Source: the human T2T-CHM13v2.0 reference genome, Homo sapiens. Taken from it: DNA of 64,000 bases. The translations under genes were made by a program, and so were the position numbers. The stretch lies in NCBI RefSeq assembly GCF_009914755.1, contig NC_060933.1; one strand, 5' to 3'. Position 1 is the first letter of the stretch, and each line of letters begins with the position of its first letter. Under the pieces are notes generated by a model. The model saw nothing but the letters and a program-made list of their open reading frames with translations. It had not been told where the DNA came from and searched no databases. Positions 18,497 to 33,860 of this stretch are shown here, piece by piece.

Positions 18497-18660
18497 CTCG
18501 GCATGCTGGTTGTCAAGTGCAGCCCCCGCCTCTTGGTCTCCTCTTAGCGGCCGCGCCTGGACCAGCCCCTCGGCCGCCGCTGGCTCCCTCCGTCTCGGCC
18601 TTTCTCTCCCTCCCCCTCCGAGTTCCTCCGGGCCTCCGCTCTCGCCGCCTCCGCCTCCCC
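18494..18660 (-). other. BNC2: BNC2 exon 1 / 5'UTR (5' end variable; a short form would start near 18518)
   Basis: GC-rich leader GGCGGCGAGAGCGGAGGCCCGG...GAGATG ending at the GTAAGA donor (GT at 18493-18492). The TSS position is inferred. Confidence 0.75.
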
Positions 18661-20129
18661 GCCCGCCCGCGCGCGCCCTCGCCGCGGCCCCTCTGCGCTC
18701 AGGTGACTGATTTACACTCGCGCCGGGGTCGCGCTCGCGCCCCGAGTCCCAGCCGGCACGGTTCCCCGGCTCCTCCTCGGGACAAAAAAAAAAAAAAAGG
18801 GAACGGCTTGTCCCGGGAGGGGGCTGCCCTGCTCGCGGGAGGCGGGGGACCGGCGGGCGAGGTGACCTCGGCGGCCGTGCAAGCCCCACAAGTTTTTCCT
18901 CTCTCTGCAGAATTGTCGTGACTACAATGTTGCTTCCCTTTTGCAAAATAAAAGTCGGTCGTTGTGTTGTTTGTCCTCAGAGGTCCAGGGGCTTGGGGAA
19001 GGAGGATGTATGTTTCTCCCTCCCCCCACCGCCCCGTGACTTCTTTGGGGGCTTGTTTGTTGTTTGGGTTGTTCTTGCTCTCTCTTTCTGGGGATGGAAA
19101 AAACAACTTTGTGGGGATGGAAAAACAACCCTGGCGCCCCCCCCCCCCCGGGGAGCTGCGGGCGTGGAGGTAGAGGTGGCCGCTAGCGCCCAGCTGTCAC
19201 ACACACACAAAAAAAAATTGCGGGGCGGGGGTGGGGAGCGGAGCAAGGAGAGGAGGCTGCGAAACGCCGAGGAAAGGGCGCGAACTTTATTCCGACTGCA
19301 GCAAACCGCGGCAGCTCTTTCCTTTTCGGGCACTCGGGCGTCTCTGTCCCCTTTGACCAGTTCCTCCTCCCCAGCCCCGCACGCCCCCTCCTCCCCTGCC
19401 CCTTCCCCAGCGTCCCAGCCGCGGCCGACCCGGCTCCCCGCGACCCTCTCAGCCCAGCTCCTCCGCGCGCCGCTGGGGAGAAGGCGAGTGAGGCGGAGGA
19501 AAACCCAGCGGACAGAAACCTGGGACGCGAACGTGCTGGGAGAAAAGGCCAAAAGTTGCGCGCAGCTGGGGGAAAAAAGTTTTTCTGGTGGCGGAGCGTT
19601 TTGTGCCGGCCCAGACGCCGGCTTGCGGCGAGGGCTTCCTTCCCTTTCCCGTGGTCTGGGCCGCGGGCCTCGGGCTGGAGAGGAAGGAGGCTGTCGCGCC
19701 CGCGGGGGAAAGAACAGTCACATCTGTGGGTGACACTCAGCCGACCCAAGTCACCCTGCCCTGGAGACTCAGAAACGCCGACTACAGCCTAAGCGCGCAC
19801 ACGCCTGCAGCTGAACGATATTTCTTAAATACAGGCAAAACACACTCCCCGGCCGCAAGAATGGGGCGGGGGTGGGGGGGGAGCTTAATCATCATCATCT
19901 AACTAACGTACACTTTGTGCCAAAAACATCTCCGAGTTATGCAGATTTATCATAACTACAGCAAACTTTCTGGTTATCTAACATGGGAGGAAGGCATAGG
20001 TTTCAAGCATACTCCCTGAGCACTAAGAAATCAGAGAATCGGCGAAGACTTGGCAGAACAGCAGGTATGGTTACCGGTTCCTAGTGAAAAGTGAGAATCA
20101 TCCCTTCTTCCCTTCTCTCTTCCTCAAAC

Positions 20130-20150
20130 GGAGAGAGAGAGAGAGAGAGA
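20130..20150. repeat. (GA)n microsatellite
   Basis: Seen directly. Confidence 0.85.
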
Positions 20151-20344
20151 CTACTTAATTGCATTCAGAGGACAGAATTAAATTCCTTTGAAAATATGTA
20201 GCCTTGGAATTACATGGTTTTATTTTCTTTGCAGAGTCCGGTCTTAGTTTAATATAAATTTTCACAGTAACTGATTTTTTTAAATTTTTCGGGAGCCGCT
20301 GATGAGAGTCCCAAGTAGCCACAGCTGTCTTGAAAATGTGATTA

Positions 20345-20751
<407 letters not shown>

Positions 20752-21589
20752 TCAAAGATTTCTGCATTCGTGGATTCTGTGCATCATTTTGTTGTGGAAA
20801 AATGTGTGGTAAACACTTCTCGCATATTATTTATCGTAAATACCTTAGAGTTCTGGGGACAGGTTGCATCTGCAGGTTTCCAATGAAAGACAAGATTACT
20901 TCTCTCACTACAGCATAAATCAAAGTATAGACTAGATCTCCCAACGACCATCTATATATATATATATTTAAATGTGTGTTATCTAAGAAGGCTCATCTTT
21001 AAATGATTTGATTAAGGTGTAGAGCATGTTCCCTTATTCTCTAAACATAACTAACATCATCCTGTAGTTTGCAGAAACTGATTACACAAGGGATAATGAT
21101 GACCAAATGTGCATTTTGAAAAATTGAGGATCATCACAAGAATTTTCCAGAAATGGGCCAAGTTCCAGTATGTTTTTCTTGCATCATGGAGAGATGAGAA
21201 AAGCTAGTTGCTAATTTCAGAATCATTACCTATACAAATCCATTCACACACTTACCGCTTTGGACAAGTGACAGATCAGCAATTGCCAAACAATTGTATT
21301 CACACAGTGCATTTTTGGCTGCGCACCTACACTGACCAACATGCAGAAGTTACTCCACATCAAGCGACCTGTAATTTACATTCCCCTGATTGGTTCCATA
21401 TCTGTCTGTTTTTGACGTTAGCATAACAAACAATTTATGTGAGGCAAGATGCGTCTGTTTGGGATCTCATGCCTTTCTGGAGAGTCATCATGATAAAAAT
21501 GGGGCATGTGTTAGGCTGAAGAGCAGCACTTGGAGAAGGTGGAAGAATTTACAGGAGGAAGCAAAGCCTAGCATTTAAGAGGATTCCAT

Positions 21590-23060
21590 AGTCTCATTTC
21601 ATCTAGCGGTCTGTATGGCAATTGGAATAAAACCTTAAGTCCTTTTTGTATCCTGCAAGACCTGAATTATCTAAACCTGCCTGACTTTTTCGACTGTTTT
21701 ATACCATTTGTTCATTACCATGGTGGACTACACTCAAGTCACATTGGCTTCCTTTCTGTTCCTCTAACTTGCAAAGCTCCTTCCTGCTCTTTGTCCCTGC
21801 TGTTCTACCTGGAGTGTTCTCCCAAGTTTTCCAATGATTCCTTCTTATCATTTATATCTCAGCTCTAATAGCAATTCTGCAGACTCTAGTTTAAATAGCC
21901 CTTGGCCCACCACTCAAAACACCCCTCATACTTCCTGTTATTACTTATTGTTGTATCCCTTTTCTATCCCTTATCAATATCTGAAATTGTCTTCTTAGTT
22001 TATATATTTATTATTTTTCTTCAACTAAAATGGAAGCTCCATAAGGGAAACAACTGTGCTGCAGGTCCTTGAATAACATCGTTTCATTCAATGTCGTTTC
22101 ATTCAACGTCCTTTTGTTACAAGGCTGAGAAAAAAAAAAAAAAAACTGATTCCAGCCAGGGCCACTGTATGTGTGGCATTTGCACATTCTCCCCATTGTC
22201 TGCATGGGTCTTCTCTGGATACTCCAGTTTCCTCCCACATCCCAAAGATATGCCCCTTGGGTTCATTGGAGTATCCACATGGTCCCAGTGTGAGTGATTG
22301 TGAGTGTGTGTGAGTGTGCCCTGCAGGGACTGATGGCCTGTCCAGGGTTGGTTCCTGCCTTGCACCCTGAGCTGTCTAGATTGGCTCCAGCCACCTGCAC
22401 CTCAGAACTGGAATAGCTGGGTAAATATTTTAATTATCTAGCTGGGCATGGTGGCTCACATCTGTAATCCCAGCACTTTGGGAGGCCAAGGCAGGCAGAT
22501 CACTTGAGGTCAAGAGTTTGAGACCAGCCTAGCCAACATGGTGAAACCCCGTCTCTACTAAAAATACAAAAAAATTAGCCGGGCATGGTGGTGTGCGCCT
22601 GCAATCCCAGCTACTGGAAGGCTGAGGCAGAAGAACTGCTTGAACCCGGGAGGTGGAGGTTGCAGTGAGCCAAGATCGCACCACTACACTCCAGCCCTGG
22701 GCAACAAAGCCAGACTCCGTCTTGAAAAAAAAAAAAAAAACTTAATTATCCTAATTGTATTAATCTTTAAGTGTATGTATAGCTCACATTTATTTCAATG
22801 TTTCAATATTAGAAGTATTTGGGGGTGTTTATTTAGAAGTTTGGTGATGTTTTGTGACCAGAAATAACCTGCAGGATGCTTGTTTATAGCAGCCTATGGT
22901 AAAATGCGTTTTGCTTATTGTCGTTTTGCTTAAAGTCACAGTTTCCAAGAACCTAAGCATGACACCGTTAAGTGAGGACTTTGTTCACTTACATAGCCTC
23001 AGCCCATAAAACAATGCCAGGCACAAAATAAACTCTTTTAAGTATTACTTGAAGTAATGA
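21590..23060 (+). mobile_element. L2 3' fragment interrupted by MER6
   Basis: GGAATAAAACCTTAAGTCC...CTAAAATGGAAGCTCCATAAGGG, then it resumes with TGCCAGGCACA...GAAGTAATGAAGAAATG. Confidence 0.65.
22059..22982 (+). mobile_element. MER6 (TcMar-Tigger non-autonomous DNA transposon) with a nested Alu at 22440-22740
   Basis: Ends GCAGGTCCTTGAATAAC... and ...GTTAAGTGAGGACTT, plus internal GGCCACTGTATGTGTGG..TTTGCACATTCTCCCC..TTTCCTCCCACATCCCAAAGA, match the MER6 consensus as recalled. The Alu has TSD TTAATTATC. Confidence 0.8.
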
Positions 23061-23463
23061 AGAAATGTCAAGAGGATTACACTGCATTGATCTGAAGACC
23101 TTAGGGCCAAACAAGTTCAGTGTAAGAATATGCGGGGGGGGAAAGCTTTTTCTTTTGGAGAATGTAGGAAACACTGTTGACTTCCTACGCCAGCCATCCT
23201 CAAAGTATGGTCTTGGGACCCCTAAGGATCACCAAGACCCTTTTAGGAGGTCCATGAAGTCAAAACTATTTTTATTACAATACTGGGAAATTATTTGCTT
23301 TTCTTACATTCTCTCCTGTGTGTACAGTGGAGTTTTCCAATGACACTGTAACAGGTGGTATCACAACAGACTGAATGCAGAACCAGATACGAGAACCCAC
23401 CTGTCTTAATCAGCTGTTAAAGAAATGTGCCAAAAATGTAAATCAGTGCACTCCTCTTCTCGC

Positions 23464-23780
<317 letters not shown>

Positions 23781-23783
23781 TGA

Positions 23784-25873
23784 GTATATATTCATTTCCT
23801 GTAGCTGCCATTGTGTCCGGAATTCGTGGATTCTTACTCTCACTGACTTCAAGAATGAAGCCGCGGACCCTCACGGTGAGTGTTACGGTTCTTAAAGATG
23901 GCGTGTCTGGAGTTTGTTGCTTTTGACGTTCAGATGTGTTTGGCGTTTCTTCCTTCTGGTGGGTTCATGGTCTTGCTGGCTCAGGAGTGCAGCTGCAGAC
24001 CTTCGCGGTGAGTGTTACAACTCTTAAGGCAAGGCCTCTGGAGTTGCTTGTTCCTCCCAGGGGGTTCGTGGTCTCACTGGCTTCAGGAGTGAAGCTGCAC
24101 ACCTTCGCAGTGAGTGTTATAGCTCATAAAGGCAGTGTAGACCCAAAGAGGCAGCAGCAGCAAGATTTATTGCAAAGAACAAAGCTTCCACACGGTGGAA
24201 GGGGACCCAAACCGGTTGCCCCTGCTGGCTCGGGCAGCCTGCTTTTATTCTCTTATCTGGCCCCACCCACATCCTGCTGATTGGTCCATTTTACAGAGAG
24301 CTGATTGGTCTGTTTTACAGAGAGCTGATTGGTCTGTTTTGACAGGGTGCTGATTGGTGCAGTTACAATCCTTGAGCTAGACACAAAAGTTCTCCACCTC
24401 CCCACTAGATTAGCTAGATACAGAGTGTCAATTGGTGTATTTACAAACCCTGAGCTAGACACAGAGTGCTGATTGGTGCATTTACAAACTTTGAGCTAGA
24501 TACAGCGTGCCAATTGGTGCATTCACAATCCCTTAGCTAGACATAAAGGTTCTCCAAGTCCCCACCAGATTAACTAGATACACAGTGCCGATTGGTGCAT
24601 TCACAAACCCTGAGCTAAACACAGGGTGCTGATTGGTGTATTTACAATCCCTTAGCTATACTTAAAGGTTCTCCAAGTCCCCACCAGATTAACTAGATAC
24701 AGAGTGCTGATTGGTGCACTCACAAACGCTGAGCTAGACACAAGGTGCTGATTGGTGTGTTTACAAAACTTGAGTTAGATACAAAGTGCTGATTGGTGTA
24801 TTTACAATCCCTCACCTAGACATAAAGACTCTCCAAGTCCCCACCAGACTCAGGAGCCCAGCTGGCTTCACCCATTGGATCCCGCACTGGGCTGCAGGTG
24901 GAGCTGCCTGCCAGTCCCGCACCCTGCGGGACTGGGCTCCATGGAGCTGGGACTGGTGCTCGTCAGGGAGGCTCCGGCTGCACAGGAGCCCATTGGAGGG
25001 GCGGGGTGGGCTCAGGCATGGCAGGCTGCAAGTCCCAAGCTCTGCCCGGCTAGGAGGCAGCTAAGGCCGCTAGAGAAATCGAGAAGGAGCACAGCAGCTG
25101 CTGGCCCAGGTGCTAAGCCCCTCACTGTCCGGGGCTTGCTGGCCTGCTGGCCGCTCCAATTGCGGGGCCTGCTGAGATCACACACACCCAGAACTCGTGC
25201 TGGCCCACAAGCGCCACGCGCAGCCCTGGGTTCCCACCTGCACCTCTCCCTCCACACCTCCCGGCAAGCTGAGGGAGCCGGCTCCTGCCTTGGCCATACC
25301 AGAAAGGGGCTCCCACGGTGCAGCGGTGGGCCGAAGGGCTCCTCAAGCACAGCCAGAGTGGGCGCCAAGGCCTAGGAAGCGCAGAGAGGGAGTGTGGGCT
25401 GCGAGGGCTGCCAGCACGCTGTCACCTCTCACCGTGACAAATTACCACAGATTAAGTGGATTAAACAACACAAATTCATTATAATTTTAGAGGTCAGAAA
25501 TCTGAAATAGGTTTCACTAAACTAAAACATGTTTGTGAGCCTGTGTTTCTTTTTGGAGTCCCTAGGGGAGAATTTATTTCCTTATTTCTTACAGATTCTA
25601 AAGGTCACCCCCAATGCTTGGCTTATGGCCCCCTTCCATCTTCAAAGCCTGTAATAACCAGACATGTCTTTCTCATGCCATACCACTGTGACACTGAGCC
25701 TTCTTCCTCCCTCTTTCAATTATAAGTACATGAGTGATTACACTGGGTCTATCTAGATGATGCAGGATAATCTCCCCATCTCAAGATCCTTAATTTAATC
25801 ATGTCTGCATATTCACAGGTTTCAGGGATTAGGATATGAACCATCATTAAGGGTCATTATTCTGTCTACCACA
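23784..25873 (-). mobile_element. MLT1 (MaLR) solo LTR split by LTR12
   Basis: TTTCCTGTAGCTGCC(A/G)T|GACAAATTACCACA reassembles across the LTR12, and it ends ATTATTCTGTCTACCACA. Confidence 0.8.
23812..25431 (-). mobile_element. LTR12C-like (ERV9) solo LTR, ~1.62 kb, co-oriented with BNC2
   Basis: The minus strand begins TGAGAGGTGACAGCGTGCTGGCAG and ends AATTCCGGACACA. It has about a dozen tandem CCAAT-containing repeats (24280-24800), an AATAAA promoter box near 24245, and a 4-bp TSD CCAT/CCGT. Confidence 0.93.
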
Positions 25874-25983
25874 GTATAGTAACAAGTGATGGGTTTAATA
25901 TTGTTATTTTAAATGAATTAATAACAAATTTTTCTCATAAAATAAACATCAGTAGCTATTGATGTTTATCAACAAAAGCTCTA

Positions 25984-26279
<296 letters not shown>

Positions 26280-26323
26280 GCTCTTTGAATTCTTCAATAA
26301 TTTTTAAAAGGTCATGAGATCGT

Positions 26324-27133
<810 letters not shown>

Positions 27134-28012
27134 GAGAAATGACATGTCTATTTACAGTTTCCATGTAGGAATTCCCTCCTGTCATTTCCTATAAAATTTA
27201 CATATTTTTTTCCAAATTCTGAGAAAAATCTATGAAGAAATCAGTAAAACGGGAAAAGTATTATCATTTATCATTCCCCTGTGAGAATTAAAAGTTAACA
27301 ATCAACAGAGACAGTACTAGTTAGCATGAACTCAACAGCAGGAAATGCTGACACAAAGTGGAGTTAAGGTGACATTTTCAGAAGTGGTTACCATCTAATC
27401 AGTTAGTTTTATTTGTAGTTGTGGCCACATAAGTGTGTGTTCCTGGCCCCCATCTGCTCCTGTTGATGAGTCATTCTTGCAAATTAAGTAAATGTAAGTT
27501 TATTGCATAAAATATTATTTACAAATCCTATGAGTTGTCTTTCAAGAAATAACATGTTTTAGAAACAAAGTAAGTCCTTACATAGACAATTTCAACACAC
27601 GATTTTGTGTAGTGCTCTTAACTTTTCTAGGAGATCCTGAATGTTACGTTATTCAAATACTACCCAATATATTCACAATGGACTACAGTTCTTGGTAAAT
27701 AAAAAGAAAAAATATATAAATGTTATGGAAAAAAATATGAATTTTAAAAAGCAATTCAATCTCAGTAGCAAAACAAAAATAAGAGCAGACAAAATATTGT
27801 CATCACTAAAAGAGAAAATGAGTTTATACGGAGGAATATATACACTAATGTCAACTTTAGCATGCTTTCTGACTTAATCTTAAAAATCTGACTTCCTCTT
27901 ATCAATTTGACCAATGTCAACAGGAAATGAAAGAAATTTTCTACCTATGGAAACTTTATCAAGAAACCAAGATCAAGACTATCAGATAGGGCAACTTATG
28001 TTTTCTGTTTAA

Positions 28013-28342
<330 letters not shown>

Positions 28343-28783
28343 CTTGCCCTGTTTTCCACCATGTCAAGGCAAATTGTAATGTCTTCTTCTCAAGGCTCAC
28401 TTTTTTTCAACGCCCACACCTTGTACAGTGCCTGGTACCTAATAGTTGTTCAGCAAGTTTGTGTGGAATGAATAAATGATTCACCTTGTTTATACCGTGT
28501 TTTTTCCCAACCCAGCAAGAATCCACTGCTCTGCTGGGATAGCCTTCCCTGCACACATGCATAATTATTTCTGTATTTTTCTCTTGACTCTCCAGCTGGA
28601 TGCACTACTTCCTCTTTAATGATTCGTGTCTGTGCCAACTTAACTACCACCTATTTCCAAAGGTGGATTGAAGCCCCTCTGAAAAAGAGGCACAGCTACA
28701 TTTAGATCATTTATGATTACAGAATAATTGTACTAAGTATCTGCTATGGGTCAAGTTCTCTATCATTTTCTTTATATTACTGA

Positions 28784-29204
<421 letters not shown>

Positions 29205-29925
29205 CAGGTGTCGCCCAGCTCTTAAATCCCGCCTTGCTCTCAAGGACTTGATCAGATTACACATCCTTCATGAAGCCCTTATTTCTGTGGCTCTTTTTCT
29301 CCTTTTCTTTTTCTCTCCCCTCTAAAGCTCTTGCAGCACATAGAGCCTGGAATATTGATTTCTCATGGAATCACACGCCCTTACACATTTGTGATTGTTT
29401 TATGTATGTCTGATTTACCTCCTTAATGAGAAGTAAGCTCTTTGAGAGCAGAGGCCCTATGGAGTGCAGCTTTCTCCACTCTCCACCATCCCTGGTACAG
29501 TGAGATAGGCACAGAAACAGAGAAAGGGGTTGAATGAAATAATTTATTCAAACGAAGTTCTAACACTTAAGCATGAAATATCTTAAGAAAAACACATTCC
29601 TATAGGAATAAAAGTCCCTTATCACAAACTCTAACATTACATGTGCTTGTAAGTTTTGACTCCACTTACACCTGGTCACTGGGGCATTAAGACCAGGATA
29701 CTTTGTTTCAGTTGCATGCTCTGCTGATGTATCAGCTTATTGCTTCAGCTGTGTAGTTGTATCCACTGCTCAACTAGAAAGGAACCACTGTCAAAGCCCC
29801 ATTTATGCTGAGGGACATGTGTATGACTGCAACACAGTTGTGTCAAACAGAGTACCCCATACATATCTTTTTCGTCTTCTGTGTTCTCTGTCCTTTAATA
29901 TAGCCAAAAGTTACCTCTCTCCTAC

Positions 29926-31292
<1,367 letters not shown>

Positions 31293-31638
31293 TTTTGCTC
31301 CATCTGTACATAAATGTTTAACTCTTGTCCTGAGAATGCTTAGAAAATGTGTTTGATTGGTTAAATTCTAAGGCTGTCACTCTTACTCTTAATTTACGAC
31401 TGAGATGCTACAAGCTGTTAATCTTCTAATTTGCCTCAAGTAAGGTAAGACATTTATTATTTTGCTAGACTAATCTTATTCATTTCTTCCGAACTATGAC
31501 TCAATTCGTGTAGCCTAAAAAAACACAAGATTTTCATGGAATGTGGTGAATCCCTCCCTGAATTACCAACCAAAGTTAAATACTTTAAAATAGGATTTAC
31601 TTTTGCAACCAAATAAAAGTCACAGAGCGAGTAATCTA

Positions 31639-32010
<372 letters not shown>

Positions 32011-32089
32011 ACATGCTGTTTACCTAGGAATGTTTCTGTTTACCTCAGGCTGAGATACTGGATCTTCGGGGACCAAAAAATAGGAGCTA

Positions 32090-32240
32090 ACGTTTAGTAA
32101 ATAACTTACAAAGCACTTTACCCAGAGTAACTCATTTTATTTTCTCAACAACCCTGTGAGGTAGTTATTTCCATTGTACAGATGAAGAATTTAGAGCTCA
32201 GAGAGATAAAATAAACCTTTACAAGGGTCACAAGGCACAA
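32090..32240 (-). mobile_element. MIR fragment
   Basis: CTCAACAACCCTGTGAGGTAG..CCATTGTACAGATGAAGAA..GCTCAGAGAG is the MIR core. Confidence 0.7.
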
Positions 32241-32549
32241 AAAGAGACAACCCAAGATAGCACAAGCTAGCATTTCCTATGTTAATGCTTTGTCCACTGA
32301 GGGACATATGGACTAATCAGCCATATCGTCTCATGCCCTCTGACTCTTATGTCACTGAAGACTTTGGGGAAGTCACAATCACTTCGTTACACAGCATATA
32401 TCTGCACCCCTGCCGGCAAACAGGCCTGACCATTTTTTTGGCACTCTGTCTACTTGACACATATTATGTAAGTGCACTGTTTGCTGTTCCAAATGTAGTC
32501 TTACATAGTTCTTTATTCTCTTTTAATTCCTAGATTTATACTAGAGAAA

Positions 32550-33350
32550 TAAATGTGTATTTATCTGTAGCTTAGAAGTAGGTTAACACTCTTCCCTCTC
32601 ACAGATTTCAGTGTAATAAGCATCAACAGTGTTATTATTTAAGAATTTTTTTGACAAGTGCCTTTCGGCATGGCAGGCAAAAGTAATCTGGTGGCTTTGT
32701 GCAAATGCTGTACACACTTGGTAATGAATAAATTCTGTTGGCTCTTTTGGAACAGTCAGAAGGGAGTCCTGGTTTATTAGAGTTGTGGCCTAAAAACACC
32801 AAGCCAGCTCATCAGTGCTGCTGATCTCATGCCCTTCCTCTGGCAAACCATGTGTCGGATGTGGTAGAGGAAAAAAAAAAAATCTCCCTTTCAGCAACAG
32901 AATGTGTGCAAGCTACACCCTGAATTATCCCATGATGACCTTGCAAATGTAACACATGCCCTTGTGACCACAAGGCCCGACAACTGTAATTTCCTCTGCT
33001 TTTCATCAGAGCTCTTCTGCTGCCTGCAGCAGGCACAGCATGCTAGGGTACAGCTGCTCCCTGACGCCCAAGACACCTGCCCTCCATCCTTTACTACGAA
33101 TGTGTAAAAGATTGTCCAATAGGAAGCTGACCCCAGCTGTGGTTATGCAAACTCTGAGTTCATCTTCCTGAGTGATCCATGAAGGCTGGCTTATGTTTAC
33201 TATTCAGCCAGCCCACATTTTGGAAATACTACCTAATGCACTTGCTGAAGTCATTCCAGAAATCATTATTAGGCAATTTCTTAGAGCAATTCATGGGTTG
33301 AAGAGGCATTTCCTGCAGTGACATCATTGATGGATATTTCATTTATGCAA
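32550..33350. promoter_or_regulatory. Upstream enhancer candidate (~14.3 kb from exon 1; probably the described pigmentation enhancer)
   Basis: Repeat-free block with a dense motif cluster (E-box, RUNX, FOX, TEAD, CEBP/PAR, PBX-HOX). Its distance from exon 1 agrees with my recollection of the rs12350739 enhancer. Confidence 0.6.
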
Positions 33351-33419
33351 TGTGTGTGTATACACATATATATGTATATATACTTTTTATATATACATAT
33401 ACACACACACGTATATATA

Positions 33420-33860
33420 TTTAGCACTTACTAGATGCTGGGTGCTGCTCTAGGTTCTAGGTGCTGGTAATGAAACCTTGAGTAGGTTAGACAAGGCTTC
33501 TACTTTCCCTGAGCTTACTCTCTAGAGAGTAGGAGAGACAATAAGTTAACAAATTCAAGTAGAGATCAATGCATTAATGAAAATAAAATAGGATGTTGTA
33601 ATCCAGAGTGAGCAGGGGTGAGGCGTTGGTGTCAGATAACCGTGAAGTAAAACGTTACAATATTAGAAAGTCAAAGAAAGCTTCTCTGAGGTGATATGCT
33701 GCTGGGATTAGAATCATGATCAGCCTTGTAAAGATCAGCGGGAAGCTCCTCCTAGGCACAGAAAACAATATCTGCAAAGGCCCTGAGGTGAAAAAGAAGT
33801 GAGAAAGGAATTTAAAGGTTAGTGTGATAAGTGTGTCCCAAGAGAAGGGGAAGAGGGGGA
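33420..33860 (-). mobile_element. L2 fragment
   Basis: TTTAGCACTTACTAGATGCTGGGTGCTG..CCTGAGCTTACTCTCTAG..TGCAAAGGCCCTGAGG is antisense L2. Confidence 0.7.

Larger units (their letters stand above)
17900..19870. promoter_or_regulatory. CpG-island promoter of BNC2
   Basis: Very high GC and CpG density, GC boxes (GGGGCGGGG near 19222 and 19863), and it surrounds exon 1. Confidence 0.92.

Noticed and set aside
18918-19733. 271-aa + strand ORF and overlapping long ORFs in the CpG island
   Set aside because: Non-ATG start, low-complexity Pro/Ala/Arg/Gly sequence, runs through mononucleotide tracts, and several frames are open on both strands. This is expected from GC-rich, stop-poor DNA.
24270-24850. 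Regularly spaced repeats superficially resembling a CRISPR array
   Set aside because: They are the tandem CCAAT-containing U3 repeats of LTR12. There are no unique spacers or cas genes, and the context is eukaryotic.
24786-25484. GC-rich ORFs (up to 166 aa) and an apparent second CpG island
   Set aside because: They lie in the GC-rich U3 region of the LTR12C-like element.
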